From Xylographa opegraphella (lineage: Eukaryota), in assembly GCA_022813865.1 (NCBI GenBank), contig JALDZX010000064.1:62001-104538 (forward strand): 42,538 bases of DNA, given 5' to 3'. A program made the position numbers and the translations under genes. The notes beneath the pieces are model-generated. The model ran no database searches. It saw only the letters and a program-made list of their open reading frames with translations, and was not told the origin of the DNA. Below, one piece after another: positions 11,119 to 22,437 of this stretch. Every line of letters starts with the position of its first letter. Position 1 is the stretch's first letter.

Positions 11119-12582
11119 GGGGCCGCTGGGGCGGGACGGAATTGGCACACTCGTTTCTGGTCAAGATATTCTGTTGCTTAGGGACGAACTTTTGACGATT
11201 ACGAATAAGAAATACCTATCATGTCATTGACAACTGGCGTATTGATAGTGTGATATTGAATAATCAAAGACGTCCAGCCAAAACCTATCATGCTAAAACC
11301 TTCCTGTAGAATCTGTACGAGCTCGGCAGTAAACTACTCCTATAATTGCCCCAGCCGCGTCTCCCCAAGACCGTCCTGCTATATACCTACCTTACCATAC
11401 CACAGTAATCAAGGTAATCAACAAAAACCCCTTCTATTCCACCAAACCGCCTAATCGCCCTCCTACCTTACCTTAATCATAATCTACCATACTATACCTA
11501 TATCCCTAACCCCCCAACCAAACCCACCAAAACCCTCCTAACCAAACCCAACAGCACAGTACCTCCGTAGATATTTTGGCTAAACCCCCCCCGGCACACG
11601 CCCGAGCACTCCGCTAACCCGCTCCGCGGATAATAAAAGTAATCCATCGTGCAAAAACGGTTTTTACGACCTCTCCTCTTCCACGGTAAGGTAAGGCAGC
11701 GTTCCTACCCCCTCCCCCGCCCCCGCCCAACCCGGCAGAATAATAGGGAATCCCTTTGCCCCCCTAATTCCTACCTATTAAATCTCCATTTCACTGAGGT
11801 AAGGTAAGGCTATTCTACCCCTCATCCACCTCCCACCCCACCCCTCACCCGCGCAAAATCCCCGAACGCAGCGACAAGGCATGCACGGAAACGCAAGAGA
11901 CGCAAGAAAATGCATGGTGGAGTGGGGGGCCGTGTTACACAAGGCCGTCGAGCGGTTGGGACGGGACGTGTGGAACGAGGGAACGGGGTAAGGTGGCGAG
12001 GGGGGGGGGGTGGTGGCTCGAGCGGGAAGAGGGTAGGAGAAGGAATGAGCAGAAGGGCCGATACGAGGGAGTATAGGTAGCATCGTATAGTATACCGGGA
12101 CGCAAGAAAAACGACGTGCTAGCATCGAAGCAGGCACACATCCACGCGCGAGGCGAAAAGTCATCATCGATCCAGTAGCACGCAAGTATGGGACATATTT
12201 ATTAATATGATCCTTCCATTCGGGCTTAACTAGGTAACTACCTTACTATGTATTCCCCGCCCGTGGCGTGCCCCTCCCCGCCATGCTGCCCAGTTGCCGC
12301 CTAAACCCCCCGTCGCGGAGCCGAGATACACCGCCGCGGTGCCGGTTGGGCCCCGAGTGCGCCGTACCCGATGATCGTGAAAAGAAGGGAGAGAATGCGC
12401 CGTTCTATGAACGCGGTTCGTGAGAAAGCCAGCCTGCCCTCCAAAAGAAAATAGAAAAAACGCCCGCTGTGTCCGGTGAGGGAAAGGGAAAGAGAATGGG
12501 AGGATGAAGGAGTGTCGGTTGGGCGGGGGGGGGGGAGATCGTGGAATCTCGTGTGAGGGGTTGAGGAGGGGTTGGTGCAATT

Positions 12583-13658
12583 CTAGTGAGCAGCCACGGC
12601 GCCAGACCGCTTGCCAAACACGCTTCCAAAGGCACTTCGCCGTTTCGTCGTGGGCGCCGGGTCGATTGCTTTTTCGCTGACGACAGGGTAGACCTTGGGT
12701 TTTTCGGGGACGTGATCCCACGGCGGGGCTTCGCCCAGCTTGCGCTTGCGGCCTTTGTGCAGGTGGTCGAAGGCGGTGGGTTCTTCGAGGTACTGTGGTT
12801 GTGCGGCCTCGGGTCCTTGCGAGAATCGGTTGTGGTAAGAGTGCCGCCGGGGTAGGGACCGAATGTGGGCTGGAGCTGGCTCGGGAAGGTACCGCATCTG
12901 CGGTTGGTATTGATCCGGGATGTAATGAGCGTTGAGCTGGTTCGGGTCCGGGGTGTAGTGAACGTGGGGTGAGTTGGGTTCTTGGATGTAATGAACGTGG
13001 GCTGGATTGGATTCTTGAATGTATGGAGGGACGTAGGAGTTGGCCAACTCGAGGACCTCTGCTCGCGAATCAGAAAGCGTTCGATAGCCGTGGCATGGGT
13101 CTGACGACTCACGTGATGAGGACGACGAGCTCGAATTGCAGGACGTTTCGGCGGGCGAGATTGCTATGTCTCCGGTCAGGTCGTCGACCCAAAATCAAAA
13201 TCGAAGTCATGAGAAGACGCACGAGTGCTCGCCAACGGGCTTTTGGCATACGATCTGGAGTTCCGGTAACCTGGAGTCTCGGTGTAGTGATCAATCCCAC
13301 CCGGATAACCCATGTGGACCTGGGATCTTCTCATCTCCAGTCGGGAATCCCGAGTCCCGTACGTGTCGGAACTGTTGAAGCTGCTGTTTCGATTGATGGC
13401 CGTGTTGATCGAAGTCGCGGTCGACAGATGGCTCGGCGTCCTCAACATCTGGCTTCTTCGTTTGTCGTTCTGGAATCGAATGGCTTCCCGGTCCTCGTGC
13501 TGCCAGCTGGAGGGTGCGCCGGACAGAGCGTCGACGGCGGCGTGGGTGGGAACATGCTTATATTGAGGTTCCTCTTTGGGTTCCTCCTTGGCAGCTTTCA
13601 GGTTCTTATGTTTCTCGGCCGCCCGTTTCGCTCTGCTGAATTTGGAGAAAATCGACAT
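12583..13658 (-). CDS. Conserved-looking fungal hypothetical protein; exons 13658-13223, 13163-13113, 13058-12583
   Basis: MSIFSKFSRAKRAAEKHK...YKHVPTHAAVDALSGAPSSW. Two canonical introns (GTGCGT..CTGAC..TAG and GTGAGT..CTGAT..CAG) join ORFs 13176-13727 and 12583-13047 in frame (STPISPAETSCNSSSSSSQVLELANSYVPP). Confidence 0.75.
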
Positions 13659-16600
13659 CGTGGGTGGGAGTGGATCAGTGCAGCCGTGAGGTTGGAGAAA
13701 GAACGGCAGCCGGTGCTTTTGATTCACGTGAAGGCCGTTGGGGAAGACCGCTTGGAACCAGGTACCCGCTTGGTGTTTCTTGGTAACTCCACTGGTTTTC
13801 GGCGGCGCGGCACCGGCTCAGGTCTTAAGCGTAGCGGAGGCGAGCGGAGCGTGTATCGTCGTAACTACGGTTTTTCTTGGAGTTAGCATCAAAGGCTATC
13901 TCGTCCCCCTCCCCTGATGTCGATCGACAGGGGTAATGGTGTTGTGATACGGCTCATCCATCAACAACGGGCATGGAAGCAGACTGAACATACCATCCAC
14001 GACTTCACCTTCGACCGGTTGTACCAACGATAGTGAAAGGTGAGAAGGTGAGGAAGATGTCTCACACCAACACGGCTACGGATAATGCAAGAAAGCCGCA
14101 GGACGCAGGGCTCGTGTCTGCTTTGCCTGTTTGCCAGCCTGTTTGCTGGGGGGAGGGGGGGGGGGGTTGGTCTAGATGAAATACGAGAGCAGTGAGGCTA
14201 CAGCACCGCTAAGCCAGTCGAGGAGGGTTGATGGGATTGAGGATTGGTGATGGATGCGACAGCGCATGGAGCAAGACATGTGCAAGCCGTTCCACCGCAC
14301 CGCACTGTCGCAGTGAGCACGGAGGAGATGGCCCTTATCGTATGCTGGGTGCCTCTGGGCGGCTTGCTCGTTCCGGGGTCTGTCCATGCTCATGGCAGGC
14401 ATGCCAATAATGAAAGAACCTGCCTCGACGTGGTGTGTGCATCGGAGGGCCACGGAGGCGGTGGTTTTGCGTGGGGCCTGCAGCCGTGAATGCCTTCCCC
14501 CCCCCCCTTTGGGCCACACCATCCCGCCGTGCAGGAGGAGGGATGAGGTGCATCTCATCACGAAAGGTTGATAACTGGGGCCGTTGTCGTCGTCGAGGCC
14601 CACGATAATTGAGTTTTCCCACTTCTGCCCGGTATGTAGAAGGGACTCGGTGGTCGTGCGTCTGGCGTTCTACTCGCACATGTGAGGTAACGTTGCCGTG
14701 GGACGGACACGAGCGACGGAGGAAGTCATCCCGTCACTACTGTTAGGTACTGGCTTCTCTAGCGAGGTACATACGCGTAAGGTAAGTCTACCGCAGTAGA
14801 ATATGGTAGGTCATAGTAGTTGTGGTCCTGGTTCGCCCGTGCATCGACCGCCAGCCACGAAGATCTCATCAACACCCTATCTATGCCTGGTCTTCTTTCC
14901 TTCTATCATGGCTCGTCCATTTCGAGCAGGTTTGGGTCTGGCATTGCTCTGAGGCGGCCCGCCACTACGACGTGCCACGGTGCCTCCGTCCGACGCCTGG
15001 GTCGTTGGTTCGTCTCGACTTGCTTCGACCCACGCTTCGTCCCGTGTCTTCCGCCCCCCGGGCAGTGGAAACAGCGGCAGCCTGGCCCCTGGAACCATGG
15101 TTGACTCTGTCGAGCTAGGGCCCCCTGTCCCGCCCCCAATAACGCCGCCATCCGAGAGTGGATGGAACGGCTTTGCTGGCTCCAAAATCTACGATGATCG
15201 ACTGCGTTATCGTCTTTCCTTCACACCCGAGCGGACAGCAATTGTCCGATGCATTCCTCCCCAGCACCGCCGACAGATCTCGTCGACACACTCTTCTCCC
15301 GGTACCGTCAAACGGAGGCAAGCCATGATGCACATTGCATAGGCGCCACGTTTCGTTTGTCTTCAGCTCGCGCATGTTTCGCAGCCCCGGCCACGGTCGC
15401 GGTGTGCCTCCTGCCTTCCAGACTCGACACGCCGTAAGCACGCCAGCACGCTCAATGTCTCACGCCCCGACTTGCTCAAATCCCAATCCAGGCAGGGACA
15501 GCGGCGTCGGCCAATACGCCTATCAGGCGTCCTCGGCGTGCTCGGCGTCCTCGAGCACGGACTCGTGTATGCAGTGGCCGCTGAGCGGAGGGAGCGCTTT
15601 CAAAGCTCGCGCCTGCCACAAAACGCAGGACGGCGACCGTCTTCCTGCCAACAGTCTTGCTGCCAACACCGTCCACGCGTCCTCGTCGGATCCACCCCAT
15701 CACCATCCATCCTGCTTGGCGCTGGATGACCGAGAAGGCTCCAACCTCGTCAAGGTCTTGCACGCTCACCGTTTCAGGCTTGCTTTGCGTACGGCTGTTT
15801 GAGCACGTCATTCGCGCCACCTGCTTGGCTATTTCCGGCTGTTTTTATTACTTGAACTAGTCTCGATTAGTCTAAAATATCTCCCTAGTCCACTGGCCTA
15901 GACTAGAGTAGACTAGACTGGCGTTTCCTGGCAAAACACATCGCTGCATCCATCCACCGCTACTTCAGGATACATCGGAACATATCCAACGGATGCAGAG
16001 TTCGCGGCCATGAACTTTCGCTTCCCATTCTCTCAATGCAGTTTGTCGGCGTGTTGTTGCCCCCCTGCGCTTCGGACGAAGAAGCTCGCATTGGCAAAAG
16101 ATCTTGTGCTGCTTCACAGCCACGAGGCGCCTATAAAGCCTACTTCCGGCGTGAGCCGCTGCTTCCTCGTGAACCTTCCCCCCTGAGCGCGTCCAACCAT
16201 CAGGCTCAGAAAGTTCGCATTCGCCGTGCTGACCGTGACTGATCAGGATCGACAGATGCCTCAAACCAGTTCGTCAATAGCCTGCATCGAGCTCCAACCG
16301 GACCTATGAATATTACCTCTGCTCGCAGCCACCCCTCGCATGTTGTGGACGTCCATTGATTTTGTGCCAACTATATCTCGTGCCCGGCATGCAGCTGGCC
16401 TCTTCTCATCAGCGTCCTAGTTTAGGACAGCTGTGGCGTTCTTGCCCTTGTCGAGAGCTTTCGGTAGGACGGGCTGGACTCCACGCGACCGCTAACGCAG
16501 TCCTCCCACGAAGTCGGGATTCCGAGCATTGTCACAGGCGCGGCAGTGGGGCCATCCCTCGTACGGCAATGCAACCTTACCTTCTGGGCTGATTGGGAGT

Positions 16601-19368
16601 TGCGGTCGGGAAGAGCGTGCCATGCTTGCAATGCAAGTACAATTCCCAACCATCAAGGCTCCAGGCCCATGTAGCGATTCCGGCAAACCGATAAAGTTTG
16701 TATGGTTCGCCGTGGGAAACGCCACAAACATCTCACCTGGACGATCCTGGGCAGACGACGAGATCAGGGCTGAAGTCCGAGACCAACTCTCGGGAGTGCC
16801 CTGGTTCAGCAGTCATATCCGCTGTCTCACGCAACTCTCGTCTGCTGTGGTTGTAATTTCGGGTTCGGATCGGGTTCGGATCGGGTTCGGGATCGTCACA
16901 TCAGCCCACTGTATATGACTCATAGAGGATTGGCTCGAAGGCCATATCATTTGCTGGCTCTCGCCAAGATTACGACTTGGATTTCCGTTTTTGCCAGAGC
17001 CGTGAAGGCCAAAATGAGGTATGGTAGAATCTCATCTTCTGGTTTACTTGTCAAAATCCTGAAAGTGGTTATCGTTATATGGGGCTCTCCCTATGCTACG
17101 TACCCTCACCTCAGGGGCAGAACCACCACGTCTGATTCTACCGTGCGTCGCTGGTCCAGGGGACCGCTGGTAGAAACTTCGGTCTCTTATGAGAGGTCGG
17201 TGATTGACAGAACCAAAAAATCCTTTTGCACAGAGTTTACCATCCTTGAATGAACCTTTTTTTGCCCTCAAAAGATTGAATTCCAGTTGACGAACCTTAG
17301 CAACCGCCTGCTCCTGTCTGCACTTGCCAAAATCGGACTTTGAGTTTCGAATGCACTTCCGCCCAATGCCGCTGGGTCACTTGACCCTCATCCCCTTCCA
17401 CCCTCACCGTCCTGCTGCCGTCAACCGTTTTCTGTGCTCACACATTCATTATCCCATCTTTCCTTCATGGTGCTTGCACAATCCTGATTTCGGACGGTTC
17501 CGAGCAGAAATGCATTTGCTTGGCCGGCTCTTTTATGCGGATCCTACTACATGGTTTAGAGCAGATACGCCAGAGACTCATATCAGAGATGCTATATACT
17601 TGCCTCAGAGATGCTATATACTCACATTCTCATAGTGAAAACTCCAGCGTCCGTTGATGTTATTGTCAAGCCTGTCAGTCCATTGAGCATAATAGGAGAT
17701 ATCCCTTAGTGACTGCTCACTGCTCGCTATGCCCCCATTACAAAACCCTCCATCATCAGCATCTTGACAGGGACCAAAAATGGCAGCGCTCATCCACGGC
17801 TCGGGCGGCCACCGGTTCCTCCTGAACACCGTCGAAGACACCCTCGTTGGAAGGTTGAACCAACTGCGGGCCCTCGTTCCTCGGTCGCGGTCTTTTCAGC
17901 AAGACGCGTTGCGCTTCGCGGATTATGCTTGTGTCTTTCGCCATGTTGGGCCTGATCGATGGCTGGTAAAGCGATAGGGTGAGAGATGTGGGCCGACAAT
18001 GCTGCCGCAGGCTTGCCAGAGAGTCCTTTGGCGCTCAGGCTGCTGCGGATTGGATGGCGGTTCTGCTTCAAGTCAAGAGACGGATCTGCTTAACGGCGGC
18101 AGTGGTTGCAGATTCGGTGCAGGCTGGGCGATTCCAGATGCGAGAAAGGAGTGGACTCCTTGTCTTCGGGTTAGGAAGGGAGCGACGAGCGTGTCGCAAC
18201 CCTTTCCTTAGATGAAAACGTGAGCGACGAGCATGTCGATACGGATATCGATAGCCCCTCCCAGCACGGGAGGCCGAGTGCGTCAACGAAAAGATGGTGT
18301 CGAGTGCATCTGCAACGTCTACGATGGGTCAATGTGATACATGCAGGTCAAGAGTTTGTATCCTGCTGCCGTGCGACGGTTTGATCATGTAGTGTATGCA
18401 GTGGAATCAACTTCGTTCAACGCAACGACTCGAAGATGCCTATACTGTATCGCTACCGGTTTAGATACATGAAGTACATCACACTGCCCACCGCATCTCC
18501 TCCGTCCCATTCTCGCGCAGGCCTGAGTTCTAGCAGCAGGAATGTAGTTGGTGACCGCCACCTTGTCATACAGAAGAGGGAAACCTAAAGCGCATTGTAT
18601 ACTCGAGGTAGATAGACAAACCTGCGAAGGTGTCCCCTGCCGGTTCTGTGAGGAAGGACAGGATGTTATGCTTAACCAAATATAGGTACGGAGGTACTCT
18701 GAGGATGTATCCGAATGGGTTCGGAATTCAGAATTGTTCCGCTTCCGGAGGCCGAATGTCCGAAAGCTGGAATATGTACCTCCGTATCAGGTATGATCTG
18801 TTTGACGTTTGATCGAATGTGGCAGGCCGGCTGAGTTCAAACACGGCGCCATCATTCGTGAGTGGGCAATCGCGACGGACGGACGCTGATGCCGTGGCGG
18901 ACGAAAGATTAGTGCGTAAAGATAGCTGGCATAAGACACCTTAGGTAGGCAGCAAGATATGGACTCGCCATGTAATATGGCTGACACGTCGGACGATTTT
19001 GCATGCTCGGCTGTGGCTCACAGGGGCGCTAGGCCAGGGTCGATTACGTCGTTGATGTGGAAGAAGCAACGCCGAGCCGCGCTCGCGGCATTATCTGACT
19101 GGGTGCTTGCTGACCAGCTCATTCGGAGGATTGTATCATGACTTTCGATTACCAACCAGCCTTCATCTCTTGTGATACTTTTTGCAGACTCAGCGTCCCA
19201 ATCTCCATGCTGATATTGAGGCGTCAGGTGAAAGCCATGATCGATGAGACTGAAAGACGCATTGACCGCCCGAAGCACCTCTTACGTACATCTGGCCACT
19301 GACAAATCAACCATATGCGCACCTCACGGTAACACCTAGGTTTGTCCTGGAAAAGCTCGACAGCGACG

Positions 19369-21401
19369 ATGGAGAACGATCAGGTCTTTGAGGGGGAGGC
19401 TGCTATCGAGGCCGAACGTTCCGCACGGTTATCCGCGCCCCCCAGATCCCGAGCGCATCGGAAAGACCATGATACACATACCAAGCATCAAGAGACAGAC
19501 TCGCAAAAGACTGCGGATTATGAGGACACTCCGCTACTATCTAGACCGCATCATACCCGGCATAGCTCCGGTTCTTCCACCCTCGGCGAAGAAGACGCCC
19601 CGCCTCCCCCAGCTTGGTCAGGAGCGAAAGACTTTGAAGGGCTCTCTGTGTGGAAAACACCCTCGGTGAGAATACAGCGGAATGACTTCTTCAGATGAAG
19701 TCGAACGCTAAGCCTTGACTCTAGGTGTATTGGCTTCTCCCAGCCTTCCTCATTTCTTCGCTGGCATTTGGCGGTATCGTGGTCCCCAAACTCAACCTAA
19801 TCGTCGCCCTCGTATGTCGAGATTACCTCGCTGATCGATCCATCTCCGAGCCCGGGTTCACCTTTTTGCCGGTGGAGATTGGTATCGATAACCCACAATG
19901 CAACATCGCGGAAGTGCAGGCCCTGGTGGCAAATTTTACGCTTTATGCCGCTCTGATATCAGGCAGCTTGGCAGCCATCACTTCCCCCAAGCTCGGAGCT
20001 TTGTCTGATCGCTATGGACGGAACAAGGTCATTGCTTTCACAACGTTTGGGCTGCTATTCAGTGAGATCATCACCATCATCACCGCAACTTATCCCGAGG
20101 CCTTTTCATACTGGTGGCTTCTCCTGGGCTTTGCATTCGATGGTCTTTGCGGTTCTTTTATCGCCGCCATGGCTATCACCAACGCCTATGCCGCAGATTG
20201 CACAGAGCCTTCCAAGCGAGCCGTCGCCTTTGCTAGATTCCAGGGCTGCCTCTTTACCGGAATCGCAATTGGCCCCTTCATCGCAGGGTACATCGTGAAA
20301 CGAACGGGTGATATCCTCTCCATCTTCTATATCGCGCTTGGCGCCCATATCCTTTTCCTTGTCTTCATCCTCTTCATCGTTCCAGAGTCCTTGACCAAAG
20401 AGCGGCAACTCGCCGCGCGCCAGAAGTCAGAAGTGGTCGGCCTCGGCGAAGGGTACGCGTGGACGTGGGCCGCTTCCTGGCGGCGCTTCTCCCGTGCGAA
20501 TTTCTCGAACGCTCCGGACATGGATGGAGTCCGGTCCGACACGTGGACATGGTCCGGACTCTTCCACCGCATCTCCAAAGGCGGTGGCCTCTTCACGCCC
20601 CTGAGCATCCTCTGGCCCTCCGGGCCCGGCTCCTCCCCCGCCGTGCGCCGCAACCTTGTCTTCCTCGCCGCCGTCGACACGACCATGTTCGGCGTCGCGA
20701 TGGGCTCGCTGACCGTCGTGCTCATCTACGCCGGCTACCGCTTCCACCTCGACACCTACCACCAGACCATCTTCCTCTCCATTGTCAACACCTGCCGCGT
20801 CACCGTCCTCATCGTCCTGCTCCCCCTCTTCACCCGCCTCGTGCGCGGCCCGGCCTCGCGCTCCCCGCAGCGCAACTCCGGCTCCGACCAGCTCGACCTC
20901 GCGATCGTGCGCGTCGCCATCGTCTTCGACATCGTCGGCTACGTCGGCTACGCCACCGCCACGACGGACGGCATGCTCATCGCCTCGGGCGCCATCGCCG
21001 CCTTCGGCGGCATGGGCAGCCCCACGCTGCAGTCGGCGCTCACCAAGCACGTGCCCGCCGACCGCACCGGGCAGCTGCTCGGCGCCATGGGCCTGCTGCA
21101 CGCCCTCGCCCGCGTCGTCGCGCCCACGGTCTTCAACCGCATCTACGCCGTCACCGTCGTGCGCGGCTTCCCGCAGGCCGTCTTCGTCTGCCTCGCCGCC
21201 ACCTTTGGCGTCGCCTTCGTGCTGAGCTGGTTCATCCGCCCGCACGGTACGTCTTGCTTTTTCCGCTTTCGGCCCTTGGCGAGCCCCCGGTTCTGGTATC
21301 TTGTCGCTAACTGTGCCGCGCTAGTCTACTTCGACGAGCCGGAGGCTGGGCCCGCTCGTCCTCGTTCTGGCAGCGATGTCGCGCCTGATGTGGTGCCCTG
21401 A
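19369..21401 (+). CDS. MFS transporter (SLC46/tetracycline-efflux-like); exons 19369-19665, 19725-21246, 21325-21401
   Basis: MFS motif A LGALSDRYGRNKV, NAYAADCTEPSKRAVAF, PESL, about 12 hydrophobic segments; N-terminal EDTPLL dileucine-type sorting motif; canonical introns. Confidence 0.9.
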
Positions 21402-22009
21402 TGACTGGTTTTACCCCGGTGCTGATGATATGATAGCGTGGCGTTTTTTTCTTCGTGGTTTTTGCAGCGGCGGAGGGAGGGTATGTGATATCTATAACTT
21501 AGACTGCTCCATGGCTCGAATATAGACGGCGCGGCGGACGCCGGGGATCCGGATAGAAGTACGGGGTTGTCGAGGCTCCGGCTCGGGGGTATCATGTACA
21601 GGGCGGGCGAGGCTTTGGCTCGGGGGAATACCATGCACGTGCAGAACGGCAACAGAAACTGTAGAATGCGGACGTGGGCAGTTGGCAGGGAGGGGAGGGG
21701 AGGGCGGGTCGAATATCGCTGGTGTTCCTCGCTCTGCGGGCTGTCTCCGCCTGGCCCTCGTCCTCACGCGGTGCTTATGCTCCCTCGGCACCAGTCGGCC
21801 GTCCGCCCTACGAGCTACATACCTATCTACCTACCTACCTCCCTCATCCTTCATACTCCATACACGCTGCGAAACCTAGACTCCTGCATAAGTACATTAC
21901 CAACCATCCATCTCACGCAATTCGTGCACCGAGCTTGGACATTGCCCGTCCATCTCAGCCGGGAAGGGTTCGGTCGGGCTGTTAAATAAGCTGTAGTTCT
22001 ATATGAAGA

Positions 22010-22385
22010 CTTTTTTTTTTTACGCCGAGCGAGGCAGATAGGGCTGGGTTATCGATTGTGCGTTTTATGGTGGTGGTGGTGGTGGGGTTTTAGGCAATGC
22101 AATGCAATGCAATGCCTTGTCGTGTGGAGGTGGAGGTGGCGACACTAATAAATGAAAGACCTCGCTCGCTCGCTCGTGGACTGGTATACGGAAATAAAGC
22201 AGGTAGTCCAGTCTAGTTTAAGGTAATCCTGAGGAAGCAGCCTAGCAGTATTCAGTCAGGCCCTCGCGTCCGGGGTTCCAGCTCAAGGTTGCAACCCCGC
22301 CCAGGCCGCCAAGCCCAACCTTTAGGGCTAGTCCATCGCAGCCTTGCGCACCTGAGGAGCATATAGATATATATACATATATATG
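22010..22385. repeat. Cluster of simple sequence repeats
   Basis: T-run at ~22010-22021, (GGT)n ~22069-22085, (GCAAT)4 ~22094-22113, (CTCG)4 ~22160-22176, (AT)n ~22360-22384. Confidence 0.8.
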
Positions 22386-22437
22386 TCGCCCGACCCCCCT
22401 CCTCGCCCATGGTCGCTACCCCTTTTCCCGCCGCGCA

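Noticed and set aside
12969..13886. 305-aa + strand ORF
   Set aside because: Antisense to a well-formed spliced gene on the minus strand.
16915..18290. Short protein-like ORFs in the long intergenic region
   Set aside because: No family motif or consistent exon chain; cannot support a gene call.
20327..21310. Overlapping 130-280 aa ORFs inside the MFS gene
   Set aside because: Alternative-frame artefacts of extreme GC3.
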